Positions 36,540 through 46,164 of a stretch of 64,000 nt of DNA are shown here, piece by piece. A model generated the notes under the pieces. It had not been told where the DNA came from. It ran no database searches and worked only from the letters and a program-made list of their open reading frames with translations. Source of the DNA: an uncultured Thermoplasmata archaeon. GTDB taxonomy: Archaea; Thermoplasmatota; Thermoplasmata; UBA10834. The stretch lies in NCBI GenBank assembly GCA_963705355.1, contig OY970070.1:287741-351740 (forward strand), written 5' to 3'. Positions within the stretch are counted from its first letter, which is position 1; each line of letters opens with the position of its first letter. The position numbers were made by a program, and so were the translations under genes.

Positions 36540-37648
36540 TCCTCATCCCTCATCAGGTAGGGCATTCCCATCTCCATCAGCTTGCTCTTCTTTTCATCTG
36601 AGACATCGAGCGATATCACATATTTCTTGAACTCGTCAGCCAGAAGGCCTATTTGGGTGTCGCCCACCTGCTTCTGACCTTCGCCCTCGACCTTGTCGAC
36701 TTTGAGCTCGAAGTGAAGAGCGCTGCTGCCCATCCTCCTGATCGCCTGCACATCGAGCGATCTGTACGCGTCCGAAGCGACGTTCTTGATTGTGAGCCGG
36801 ACGATTCTCTCATCGATGATCGCGCCGCTCATCCGCTCCTTTGCTTCCTGAAGAATCTCAGAAGAGGTCAGTCTGTACGCGTCGAACACTTCCATGTCCA
36901 GCATGCTGCGGACACGCAGTTCGTGAAACTTGACCGCGTGTGTGTCTAGGTCCACCTCGATGATCCCTTTCTTCTGTTCGGCTTCGCCGAAGCTGAGTCT
37001 CTCCGTCGATCCGGAATAGTATGCCCTCGGGCAGACCTTCTTGAACTCGTGATAGTGGCCAAGTGCGACATAATCCCATTCTGGTGATATGTTCTCGGCG
37101 GGGACGGTCTGCTCGTTGAACTCGTCCATCTTGTAGGTGTCGGTGCCGACAACTCCTGCATGAATGACCAACACGCCGAGCTTGGTGTCTCTGGACGGTC
37201 TCAGTCCTGACGTGATTTCAGCCAGAGACGGGTTCGTAGAGTGCGGTAACGCGTATATCGTCGCATCTCCGACGACGATGGTCTTTCCTCCGGGCTCATG
37301 CACTGGATGGACGTGCTTCAGATGTTCGAATATGCGGAAGATGTTACCTGTCTCGCGGAGGCGTGGCGTGGAATGGTTGCCGGAAACCAGTATTGTTTCG
37401 ATGCCCGATTCGGATAGCCTGATGAGCTGCCTCAACGCGAAGTCTATGGCGCGGTTCTGTGGTCTCACCGTGTCGAACAGGTCCCCCGAATGGACGACGA
37501 CCTCGGGCCTGAGCTCGATTGTCTTGTCGATTGCCTCCTGAAACGCGTGGTAGAAGTCCGCCTCTCGCTGGTTGATGCCCTCAGCAACGTCGAGCTTGGA
37601 ATATGCGCTGAAACCCAGATGGGTATCAGACAGGTGGACCAGCTTCAA
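36536..37648 (-). CDS. mre11: DNA double-strand-break repair nuclease Mre11
   Basis: Phosphoesterase motifs HLSDTHLG, GDLFD, GNHS, HAG. TTG start overlaps the stop of the upstream antiporter gene by 2 nt. Confidence 0.9.
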   Translation of the reverse strand: MKLVHLSDTHLGFSAYSKLDVAEGINQREADFYHAFQEAIDKTIELRPEVVVHSGDLFDTVRPQNRAIDFALRQLIRLSESGIETILVSGNHSTPRLRETGNIFRIFEHLKHVHPVHEPGGKTIVVGDATIYALPHSTNPSLAEITSGLRPSRDTKLGVLVIHAGVVGTDTYKMDEFNEQTVPAENISPEWDYVALGHYHEFKKVCPRAYYSGSTERLSFGEAEQKKGIIEVDLDTHAVKFHELRVRSMLDMEVFDAYRLTSSEILQEAKERMSGAIIDERIVRLTIKNVASDAYRSLDVQAIRRMGSSALHFELKVDKVEGEGQKQVGDTQIGLLADEFKKYVISLDVSDEKKSKLMEMGMPYLMRDEE

Positions 37649-39519
37649 CTCCTTCCACGCTCCATCGTCGCTATGATGTCCTCGATCTCAGCGAGGTCCG
37701 CCGACGAGTCTCCGAAGGCAGATGTTCCTCTGTGCTCGAAGATCTCCGTCAACTTCTTGTCTATGGTCTTCACTGAACCCCAGAGAGCGATGATTGCCAC
37801 AGCGATGATGGGCACGGCGAGCAGAGCGAACGTGAGTCCCTGCTGTGCGAGCGAGTTGATAAGTGGGGAGATCACGACGAACCCCACGACCATGTAGATG
37901 GCAAGGAAGACCCACTTGAGCGCCTTCGAGGTATCCTGATAGCCGATGTTCACTGCGGATTTGGTGCTCAGCATGGCCTCGCTGGTGGATATCTCGATGA
38001 GCCTTATGGTCCTGCTCCAGATGCCGAACAATGCAGATGCGACGACTACAAGCGAACCCGTGATCAGCACGAACAGAAAGAGCTCCTCATTGTTGCCTAC
38101 GAAACCAGCGTAGTCCCGTATCTTGGGGGCAGCCCCGACCGCAATCGCAGAGACTGATACCATGACGATGATGTAGACGAAAAGCCGGGAAATACTAATT
38201 CTCATCTCGTTTGATATTTTCAGAGACGTTTGCGAGCGCCTTCTCATGTTCCTGACCACGAGGTTGAAATACGATGCAAGCAAAAGGAGCGATCTTGGCA
38301 CTCTTTCCTCGACAACTTTCGTCGCCCTGTCAGAGTACTTCACGCTGTAGGGAACGACCAGAGCCGAGATCGTCGTCACAAGGACGATGGTTGGATAGAG
38401 GTTGATGCTCTTGCTTATCGCCGTAGACCCGATTGCAACGGCAGCTATCATCAGAGAGAACTCACCGACGGCGATCATGCTGAGACCAGCGCCGATGGAG
38501 TTCCTCGCGCCGAACCCGAATATGAATGTTGAGAGTGAGCATGAGAATATCTTGGCCAGGATGAAGACGAGAGTGATGATTGCGGCAGTTATGAGGAATT
38601 CGCTGTTGAGGAAGAGCTTGAGATCTACAAGCATACCCACCGTGATGAAGAATATCGCGCCAAAGAGATCCCGGATCGGCTCCACGCGCCTAACCACATC
38701 TCCGAGGTACCTTGACTCGGACACGATGACCCCCATGACGAAAGCTCCAATTGCTTCTGAGAATCCTATCCACCTCGAGAATACCGCCATCGAGAAGCAC
38801 AGCCCAAGGACTGTGAGCACCAGAAGTTCTCCAGACCGCTGCTTTCCCACATAGTCCACGAGTCTGGGCACAACCGCGAGGCCGAACACGATCGAGGCCG
38901 CAATGAAAATCCCCATCTTCAGCAGAAGATCGGCGAGTTGAGATGGTTCGATGCCTCCTTGAGAGATGAGTCCCGAGACTGCCGCCAAGATGAGGACCGC
39001 TGCGAAGTCCTCCACGATCAGGAGCCCGACGATCAGCCGAGCCTTCTCATTATCCAGTCCTCCTCTCTCTCTCAAGGACCTCACAACTATCATCGTCGAT
39101 GCCACCGACAGCATCGCACCAAGAAGAGTGGACTCGAGCCCGCTCCAGCCAAGCGCTCGTCCCAGCTGGTACCCGATGCCAATCATCAATGCGATTTCGA
39201 GAGCTGCCGCCGCGATCACCGTGACCCCTATCTTCCGGAGCTGCTTCAAGCTGAACTCAAGGCCGATCGAGAAGGTGATAAGGACGATCCCGAGCCTCGC
39301 GAGCATCTCGATAACTGGCTGTGCGGAAATGACAGTCTGAGATCCCTCTGAGCCCACAGTGTATTGAGCCGATATCACGAACGGACCTGCGACCATGCCT
39401 GCTACTAGATACCCCAAAATGAGGGGCTGCTTCAACCGATTGAAAAGGATGATGATGGTGGCGGCGACCGCGATCACGATTGCCATGTTGATGAGGAAAC
39501 CCGTCTGCAGGTCTAGCAT
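37645..39519 (-). CDS. CPA2-family monovalent cation:proton antiporter (Kef/NapA-like) with an extra C-terminal membrane domain
   Basis: ~13 TM helices with CPA2 core features, plus a ~200 aa C-terminal extension carrying further hydrophobic helices. Confidence 0.75.
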   Translation of the reverse strand: MLDLQTGFLINMAIVIAVAATIIILFNRLKQPLILGYLVAGMVAGPFVISAQYTVGSEGSQTVISAQPVIEMLARLGIVLITFSIGLEFSLKQLRKIGVTVIAAAALEIALMIGIGYQLGRALGWSGLESTLLGAMLSVASTMIVVRSLRERGGLDNEKARLIVGLLIVEDFAAVLILAAVSGLISQGGIEPSQLADLLLKMGIFIAASIVFGLAVVPRLVDYVGKQRSGELLVLTVLGLCFSMAVFSRWIGFSEAIGAFVMGVIVSESRYLGDVVRRVEPIRDLFGAIFFITVGMLVDLKLFLNSEFLITAAIITLVFILAKIFSCSLSTFIFGFGARNSIGAGLSMIAVGEFSLMIAAVAIGSTAISKSINLYPTIVLVTTISALVVPYSVKYSDRATKVVEERVPRSLLLLASYFNLVVRNMRRRSQTSLKISNEMRISISRLFVYIIVMVSVSAIAVGAAPKIRDYAGFVGNNEELFLFVLITGSLVVVASALFGIWSRTIRLIEISTSEAMLSTKSAVNIGYQDTSKALKWVFLAIYMVVGFVVISPLINSLAQQGLTFALLAVPIIAVAIIALWGSVKTIDKKLTEIFEHRGTSAFGDSSADLAEIEDIIATMERGRS

Positions 39520-39751
39520 CCTAAATGCACCATTCTCTGATGTCCGCCGTAGCCAGCAGAACCGCTCTCGCTGTTGCCTGGATGAACAGCAACAAGCCGC
39601 CCATTCGGCTCGCGAAAGGGCTCTGGCTCACGCATATCCTTCATGTTACTTAATTGTGGCCCTTCCATCAATCCTTCAGTTTGCATCGGAAAACATGGTC
39701 TGAGGAGCTCATGGAAAATTCAAATGGACAGAAGCGCATCAATCCCTTGGG

Positions 39752-40672
39752 ATGCCGAACTTCAGAACTAGATTCGCACAGTCGACAGAAGACCCGAGAG
39801 TCAGAGCGAAACTCTTCGGGATCGGGAGTGCTGGGTGCAACATCGTTGAGGGGACTCAGTTCCCCACAGTTGCATTTTCGACTTCCAGCGCGGATCTTGC
39901 GCGATCCCATGCTGAGAGAAAGGTCTTGATAGGCCAGGACCGGTTGCTTGGGCTATCTGATGCCGGACCAGATCTGATGAAGCGCTTGCCGACTGTTGTC
40001 GGCCATGAATTACTGGATATATTCAACAACACCGAAGTCGCTTTCATAATGTGCGGCCTCGGAGGCGTCACGGGAAGCCTTGGATCCAAACTCCTCACAT
40101 CAATCGCAAAGGCAAAGGGAGCGATGGGGATCGCACTTGTCGCGATGCCGTTCTCGGCCGAGAGTTTCAAGCGCAGGGAGGTAGCGACTACCGCCTTGGC
40201 GGATTTGTTGGGGTCATCGGCCATGTGCGTCGCTTTCGACAACGACAAGCTTTCATCCCTGGCTCCCAATCTGCCACTTTCGAGGGCATTTGGCCTCTTG
40301 AACGGGATAATGCTCAGACCTGTCATCGACCTGTGCGCAACGATGTCCAGGAGCGATCTCAGCATATTCCGTGAGGTCGTGGGCGGAGCAACATATGCGC
40401 GGTTCGGGCTTGGCATGGCAAGGGGCGACGAGAGGCTTCAGAGGGTTGTTGATGAATCTCTGAGCTCTCCTTGGTTCGACTACGACATCAAGGAGGCGAC
40501 TGCGGCGATAGCTGTGTACTCAGCGGCCGATCCATGGGACAAGGAGATCGACAAGATTCTCGGCCTTCTTGAGGGAAAACTGCCTTCCATCCGGATTCTC
40601 TGGGGTTCATATGCGGATCCGCGGCTTGGCGATCGGATAAGGCTCAGCCTCCTTATCTGCCGGAGCCGCTAG
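39752..40672 (+). CDS. Divergent FtsZ/tubulin-superfamily protein (compact, 306 aa)
   Basis: Collinear with FtsZ: KLFGIGSAGCNIV (cf. GVGGGG), GLGGVTGSLG (cf. GGGTGTG), MPFSAESFKRR (cf. RPFSFEGKRR), ...DNDKL (cf. IPNDRLL), and a C-terminal domain. The glycine-rich and T7 regions are degenerate. Confidence 0.65.
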   Translation: MPNFRTRFAQSTEDPRVRAKLFGIGSAGCNIVEGTQFPTVAFSTSSADLARSHAERKVLIGQDRLLGLSDAGPDLMKRLPTVVGHELLDIFNNTEVAFIMCGLGGVTGSLGSKLLTSIAKAKGAMGIALVAMPFSAESFKRREVATTALADLLGSSAMCVAFDNDKLSSLAPNLPLSRAFGLLNGIMLRPVIDLCATMSRSDLSIFREVVGGATYARFGLGMARGDERLQRVVDESLSSPWFDYDIKEATAAIAVYSAADPWDKEIDKILGLLEGKLPSIRILWGSYADPRLGDRIRLSLLICRSR

Positions 40673-40781
40673 ATTGGCAGAACATGGTCGCGTCCCTCAC
40701 ATATTTAGAATGTCCAAAATATGATTCCTGCGATAAAAGATAGTATTATCAGCCAATCTGGGAACCCCTAATAGCCTCGCA

Positions 40782-41969
40782 TTGCATTCTGGGCTCTCAG
40801 AGGGCGAAATAACGAAGGTGATTCAGCTAGGATGCGGAATAACCGGACTCGTGTGTGCAGAGCATTTGGAGAAGAACGCCAAAGTCGATGAAGTCGTCCT
40901 TGCGGACTCTCGTACGGAACCCGCGAAGGCGATGGTATCTCGCGTCAAAAGCGAGAAGATGTCGATTCGGAAGGTGGATGGGACAGATCCGAACGAACTC
41001 AAGAGGCTGATGAAAGGTTGCGACCTGATTGTCTCATCCTTGCCTTGGGAGCTGAACAGGAAGGTACTAGATGTCGCTGCGTCGACTGGGACAGACTACG
41101 TCGACTTCTGTTTGACGGTGGAATCCGAAGAGGATCTGAAGACCGTCATGGTCAAGTGCAAGAAGGCCGGGATTCACGCATTGACGGCGACGGGGGAAGA
41201 TCCTGGCATATCGGATGTCTTTGCTGTGTATGGCGCCAGCAAGTTGGACAAGGTCGAAGAGGCACATGTTCGAGACGGTGACAGCGGTGCCGCCGAGGGC
41301 GTCGATTTCTTCTCCCTGTGGTCTCCCATCGACCTCCTTGAGGAAACGACTGTTCCCGCAGCTGTCTTCAGAAATGGACAGATGACGTTCGTCCCTCCTC
41401 TTGACAAGAGAGAGATCTATGAGTTTCCACCTCCCGTGGGGGCCTTGCCAGTTTATTACACGAACCACGAGGAGACCTACCTGATGCCCAGGTTCATCAA
41501 AGGCCTTCGGAATGCCGATTTCCAGATAGCCATTGACGACAGCTTTGCGAGCGTGGCCAGGATGCTGAGGAAACTGGGCCTCCACAGTCTGAAGCCTTTG
41601 GACGTGAAGGGAGTAAAGGTCAGGCCGCTGGATGTCGTGGTCTCGCTAATGCCGCGTCCAGTGGACCTCATCGGCAAGGTGAAAGGGCACGCCGTGATCG
41701 TTGTCGAGGTTCTTGGCGTGAAGGATGGCGTGAAGAGGAAGGTCAAACTGTGGACCATGATGTCCCACGAGAAGGCATACGATATCTGCAAGAGCAATGC
41801 CACTGGCTATCTCGTGGGATCGGGGGGAGCGGTGGCTGCTGAGATGCTTATTGCCGGCGAGGTCAAAGAGCATGGATTCCTGGCGCCCGAGCAACTTCCA
41901 GCGGACAAGTTCTTGGCGAGGCTGCCTTCCAAGGGACTCAAAGTTGAGGAGCGAATAACGGACCTCTGA
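40782..41969 (+). CDS. Saccharopine-dehydrogenase-family NAD(P)-binding oxidoreductase
   Basis: Rossmann motif VIQLGCGITG and overall similarity to the Sacchrp_dh family. Confidence 0.6.
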   Translation: MHSGLSEGEITKVIQLGCGITGLVCAEHLEKNAKVDEVVLADSRTEPAKAMVSRVKSEKMSIRKVDGTDPNELKRLMKGCDLIVSSLPWELNRKVLDVAASTGTDYVDFCLTVESEEDLKTVMVKCKKAGIHALTATGEDPGISDVFAVYGASKLDKVEEAHVRDGDSGAAEGVDFFSLWSPIDLLEETTVPAAVFRNGQMTFVPPLDKREIYEFPPPVGALPVYYTNHEETYLMPRFIKGLRNADFQIAIDDSFASVARMLRKLGLHSLKPLDVKGVKVRPLDVVVSLMPRPVDLIGKVKGHAVIVVEVLGVKDGVKRKVKLWTMMSHEKAYDICKSNATGYLVGSGGAVAAEMLIAGEVKEHGFLAPEQLPADKFLARLPSKGLKVEERITDL

Positions 41970-41988
41970 TTGTCAGAATCGCGTTGCG

Positions 41989-42798
41989 TCAACTCTTGCG
42001 TTTGGAGGCGAGGAGTTCGAGAGCCTCCTCCTCCATGAAATGCAACTTGCCAGGGACGACCAGCGTGTGCAGTGGGGGTCCGAAATCCAGAGAGACCAGC
42101 TCCTTGACTCTCCCTGCTCTCACGATGCAATCCGGCGACCCAGCACGAGCGACAGCGCACACCAGCGTGTCATCAGAAATCACGCCCTTTCGAGTGCGTC
42201 TCTCCATGTCCCTCAGCAGATTCAAGCCCTCGTTGGCTGTCATGTATCTCAGGTTCTCAGCGTCGATGTCCAGCAGAACGAGGGTGTGCAACCCTCTCGA
42301 CAGGTTGTCGGATATGACGTCGTAAGGGCTTGTGGGCGAGTATCCTTCCTGCGGGAACGGGAGTGTGGTTGTGCGCCCGAACTTGTAGTGCTGCAGTCCT
42401 AGCAGTCCAGGAACTGCTGTCAGGACGGATGCCCCGTGGATGACCGCTGTGTCTACGGACTGCTTGAGTGCCCTGAGCCTCAGGTCGATGTGAGTCGTTG
42501 CGGTCATCGGGTCTCCTGCGACGAGCAAGACCACTCTCTTGCTCAGGCAGGCATCCAATATCACGGTGCCCTCTTCGACCGCGATTCTGTCCAGCAATTC
42601 GATCCTTTGACGAGTCTTTGCCGCTAGTCGCTCCAGTGAACCCGTTGCCAAGGTGGATGTGTAGGCCTCTGCGAAGACCACATCGGCCTTCTCGATCTCC
42701 TCCAGACCCCTCACAGTCACCCCGTTTTCGTCATGCAGGCCGAGGCCGACAAATGACAGTCTGCCTTTTCCCGGAGCCACCTTCCTGAGAATGCCCAA
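41989..42798 (-). CDS. dph5: Diphthine synthase (Dph5; tetrapyrrole-methylase fold)
   Basis: N-terminus LSFVGLGLHDENGVTVRGLEEIEKADVVFAE and the family block TLVLLD. Confidence 0.8.
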   Translation of the reverse strand: MGILRKVAPGKGRLSFVGLGLHDENGVTVRGLEEIEKADVVFAEAYTSTLATGSLERLAAKTRQRIELLDRIAVEEGTVILDACLSKRVVLLVAGDPMTATTHIDLRLRALKQSVDTAVIHGASVLTAVPGLLGLQHYKFGRTTTLPFPQEGYSPTSPYDVISDNLSRGLHTLVLLDIDAENLRYMTANEGLNLLRDMERRTRKGVISDDTLVCAVARAGSPDCIVRAGRVKELVSLDFGPPLHTLVVPGKLHFMEEEALELLASKRKS

Positions 42799-42865
42799 CC
42801 AACTAAAGTAACCTTTCTTTTCGGACAGCGACTTTATCTATCGCGTAGGTCGATTTGCTTTTTCG

Positions 42866-43870
42866 ATGGACTCTCTCTGCGTCGTGGTGCCGAAGAAGAA
42901 GGCCGAGCCCGTCCGCCGGCGGCTATTGGATAAGGGCATCCTCAGAAAGGGCGTCCAGATAAAGTCGGACGCCAAGAACGTCTACCTGCCTGTCACTCAG
43001 CGGATAGACCTGGGTTTCCCAATCGAGACCACAGATTTCAAGGAGGCCGAGGAGCAGGTCACGGACTACCGCCTGCTGGTCGACCTGCCGGAGGAGTTGA
43101 GGCCTTACCTGCCATCATCCTTCGACGCGCTCGGGTCGATCGCGCTCGTAAAGATGGCCGACGAGGTCGCGCCATATGCGTCCCAGATCGGGAAGGCGAT
43201 CATCGCCACTCAGAAGTCGATCAGGACAGTCTGCATGGATTCCGGCGTCGCGGACGAGTTCAGAACGAGAAGGATCAAGGTCGTCGCGGGGGAAAAGACC
43301 ACCGAGACGACGCACAAGGAATATGGGATGACTTTCAGGATGGACGTCTCCAGAGTCTTCTTCTCTCCGAGACTTGCAACCGAGCGGGAGAACGTTGCAA
43401 AGCAAGTTCAGCCCGGGGAGGTCGTGATAGACATGTTCGCTGGCATCGGCCCCTTCTCGATCATGATCGCAAAGACACGCTCGCCGAAGGTGGTGTATGC
43501 CATCGACAAGAACCCAGATGCGGTCAGCTTCATGAAGGAGAACCTGTCCCTCAACAAGGTCTCGACAGTCAAACCAATCCTCGGCGATGCCAGAGAGGAG
43601 ATCTCAAAGCTCGAGAAGGCTGACAGGATCATCATGAATCTCCCGCACGACGCTAACGAGTACGTAGCCGATGCGCTCAAGATGCTGAAGCCCGGCGGGA
43701 TCGTTCACTACTACGAGATCACGGAGGAGCCCAAGCTCCAGCCTCGACTGGATGAGATCGCCGACACAGCGAGACGAGAGGGGCGCGTTCTAAAGGAGCT
43801 CGCCAGAAGGAAGGTCAAGAGCTACTCCCCGACCATGAACCTCTACGGATTCGACCTTCAGTTCCTTTGA
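42866..43870 (+). CDS. trm5: tRNA (guanine37-N1)-methyltransferase Trm5 / Taw2-family (Met-10+ like)
   Basis: VIDMFAGIGPFSI (SAM motif I) and NLP motif in a ~334 aa archaeal-type Trm5 architecture. Confidence 0.75.
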   Translation: MDSLCVVVPKKKAEPVRRRLLDKGILRKGVQIKSDAKNVYLPVTQRIDLGFPIETTDFKEAEEQVTDYRLLVDLPEELRPYLPSSFDALGSIALVKMADEVAPYASQIGKAIIATQKSIRTVCMDSGVADEFRTRRIKVVAGEKTTETTHKEYGMTFRMDVSRVFFSPRLATERENVAKQVQPGEVVIDMFAGIGPFSIMIAKTRSPKVVYAIDKNPDAVSFMKENLSLNKVSTVKPILGDAREEISKLEKADRIIMNLPHDANEYVADALKMLKPGGIVHYYEITEEPKLQPRLDEIADTARREGRVLKELARRKVKSYSPTMNLYGFDLQFL

Positions 43871-44355
43871 CATTTCCTCGGTTGGAGGGTTATTCCCCTC
43901 TGACCCTGATAGTTGCCCGAGCGCTGCTCGTAGCCTTTCTTCGGCGACGAGCGTAGCTCCTCGAACACGACCTGAGCGAACCTGTCTCCTATCGGGACTT
44001 CGACAGGTCCGTTGGAGGCATTGTAAGCAGAAAAGGTCAAATTTCCGTTAAATCCAGCATCGATTCTTCCAAAAGAGGACAATATCCCTTTTCTGGCCCA
44101 GGTGGTCCTGATCCATATCTCTCCGACCAAGAATCCAGGGAGTACCAAGTATTCCTTGGTGCCCACTACGAACCAGGAGCTCCCGGGCACCACAGCGGTT
44201 CCCTCCCTGATCTTCTCATCGGTCGAAGGGACCCATATCTCCTCGATGGTAACGTCGTAGCCGTTGGGGGTCAGGTTGTTCTCGTTGAAGCCTTCGATCT
44301 TCAGCGAGCCATTGGCCAGCATATCGAGTATGTCGGTGTCCGAAAGAACCGCCAT
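43858..44355 (-). CDS. dcd: dCTP deaminase / dUTPase-superfamily protein
   Basis: N-terminus LSDTDILDMLANGSLKIEGF and a size typical of the archaeal Dcd family. Confidence 0.7.
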   Translation of the reverse strand: MAVLSDTDILDMLANGSLKIEGFNENNLTPNGYDVTIEEIWVPSTDEKIREGTAVVPGSSWFVVGTKEYLVLPGFLVGEIWIRTTWARKGILSSFGRIDAGFNGNLTFSAYNASNGPVEVPIGDRFAQVVFEELRSSPKKGYEQRSGNYQGQRGITLQPRKCQRN

Positions 44356-44360
44356 GCTGG

Positions 44361-44966
44361 CTACCTCTTGCCACTACGCTTTTTCGGCTTTGCGGATGCG
44401 GGGGTCGCGCGGTTCTCGGCATCCTGTCGCCCAATCTCCTCGGCGGCTTGCTCCGCAAGCAACTTGAACCTGACGAAGGCTGAGTTCCACTTCTCCTCGA
44501 GCTCTACCTTGAAGGCGTCGGAAAGATCCTCCGGACCGGCGATCTCGATCCGCCTGAACCCCTTCTCCGCAAGTATCTCGTTCACAGGTTCGACCGATTT
44601 CTCTATCCTGCCCCATTTGAACAGTTGGTCTATGCCCTCGAGCTCCTTTGACAACTCAACGATGTGCTCAGTTCCGAGCTTCGAGAGCAGCCTCGTGTAG
44701 AGGTCCGTAAGTTCCTTCACGGCCTTCATCGAGGCCTTCCTCAGACCCTCCATGAACCTGTCCAGGTCCTCATCCTTGAGCTGGGCCAGCTTCCTCGATG
44801 AAGATGCCAGGGAGTCCTTCGCCTCGGCCATCATCGCGGGCTCAAGCTCAGTCTCTATCGTGCGAATTATGACTATGCCATGCCGCGCAAGGGCCGCCTT
44901 CGCCTCAGTGAGGTCTCGGAGAAGCCCAGGGCTCAGCGTGTACGGCATGCGCAACCCCTGGCTCAT
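44361..44966 (-). CDS. Hypothetical protein with a Lys-rich C-terminal tail
   Basis: No recognisable motif. 4-nt overlap with the upstream M42 gene suggests co-transcription. Confidence 0.4.
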   Translation of the reverse strand: MSQGLRMPYTLSPGLLRDLTEAKAALARHGIVIIRTIETELEPAMMAEAKDSLASSSRKLAQLKDEDLDRFMEGLRKASMKAVKELTDLYTRLLSKLGTEHIVELSKELEGIDQLFKWGRIEKSVEPVNEILAEKGFRRIEIAGPEDLSDAFKVELEEKWNSAFVRFKLLAEQAAEEIGRQDAENRATPASAKPKKRSGKR

Positions 44967-46090
44967 ACCTCAGTCAAGCCCGCAACGGTCTTCTTGTCGA
45001 GCTTTCTAATGAGTTCGATGACGAGCTTGATGCAATTCTCGGCGTCCTCCATGCTCAAGAGGCCGACGTGCGAGTGTATGTGCCTCGTCGGGACGCCAAG
45101 CACAACGCTCGGGCATCCGGCGTTCGCCATGTGAATCACGCCCGCGTCAGTGCCTCCCTTCACTTGGGATAGCTGTATGGGGATTCTCTTCTGCTTGGCC
45201 GTCTTGATTACCAGTTCAACGAGACCCTGGTTGGGGATCATGGAACTGTCGAACGTCGTTAGTGTGGGACCATAGCCCATCTTGGATGCAGCCTCGTTCG
45301 CCTCGATGCCTGGCACATCGCCCGCGATGTCAACTTCGAGGGTTATGCAGACATCCGGCTTCACGATGTACGCAGTCGTGCGGGCTCCCCTCAGGCCAAC
45401 TTCCTCCTGCGTGGTCGCAGCCCCGATGACCTTGTTGGGATGACTGATCTTCCTCTCAGCCAAGATCCTCACCACTTCCGCAGCGGTCCAAGCCCCTATC
45501 CTGTCGTCAAATGCCTTTCCGATCGCGATCGTGTCAGTCCCCTTTTTCTTGCCGTCCTTGAAGAGCCTCTTCTGCATCGTGGAGAAGCAGGAGTCAGGAA
45601 TCGCAGGATTCCCCACCCTCACCCCCATCGCTTTCGCCTCCTCTTCGTTCGAGGCGCCGATGTCTATGAACATCTTCTCCTTGACGACAACCTTGCTCCT
45701 CTCTTCCGCCGGCAGAAGATGCGGTGGCTTGGCGGCGATTATTCCCGGGACCACTCCCTTGTCGGTCTTCACGAGCACTCTCTGGCCTAGCAGAACCTGG
45801 TCGAACCATCCGCCGAGCGGATTGAAGGTCAGGAATCCCAGCTTGTGTATCGACGATATGATGAATCCGACCTCGTCTATGTGCCCAGGCACCAAAACGA
45901 CTGGGCTATCAACGGTTCCCTTTTTCTCAAACATGAGTGAGCCGAGCTTGTCCGAGTACACTCTGTCGGAGAACCCGGAGACGTAGTTCTTCATAATCCT
46001 GGCAGGCTCCCTCTCGAAACCCGAGGGGCCGAAGCAGTTGGTCAGCTCTTCTAAGAACTTCATCGCTTGCTGGTCTATCGTAGCAGTCAC
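44963..46090 (-). CDS. M42-family aminopeptidase (TET/FrvX-like)
   Basis: M42 metal-binding blocks (GHIDEVGF, FDDRIG, EEVGLRGA, HSHVG). Confidence 0.8.
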   Translation of the reverse strand: MTATIDQQAMKFLEELTNCFGPSGFEREPARIMKNYVSGFSDRVYSDKLGSLMFEKKGTVDSPVVLVPGHIDEVGFIISSIHKLGFLTFNPLGGWFDQVLLGQRVLVKTDKGVVPGIIAAKPPHLLPAEERSKVVVKEKMFIDIGASNEEEAKAMGVRVGNPAIPDSCFSTMQKRLFKDGKKKGTDTIAIGKAFDDRIGAWTAAEVVRILAERKISHPNKVIGAATTQEEVGLRGARTTAYIVKPDVCITLEVDIAGDVPGIEANEAASKMGYGPTLTTFDSSMIPNQGLVELVIKTAKQKRIPIQLSQVKGGTDAGVIHMANAGCPSVVLGVPTRHIHSHVGLLSMEDAENCIKLVIELIRKLDKKTVAGLTEV

Positions 46091-46164
46091 CTTGTCGCGA
46101 GCATCAGGTTGACGATAGATAATCCTTTGCAGTATTGAAATCGTAGATGGATAGTGTCTGAGAT

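Noticed and set aside
37645-39519. HerA/NurA genes flanking mre11-rad50
   Set aside because: Looked for P-loop HerA-type and NurA nuclease ORFs on both sides. Upstream is a polytopic CPA2 antiporter and downstream a convergent DUF72 gene. No candidates in this window.
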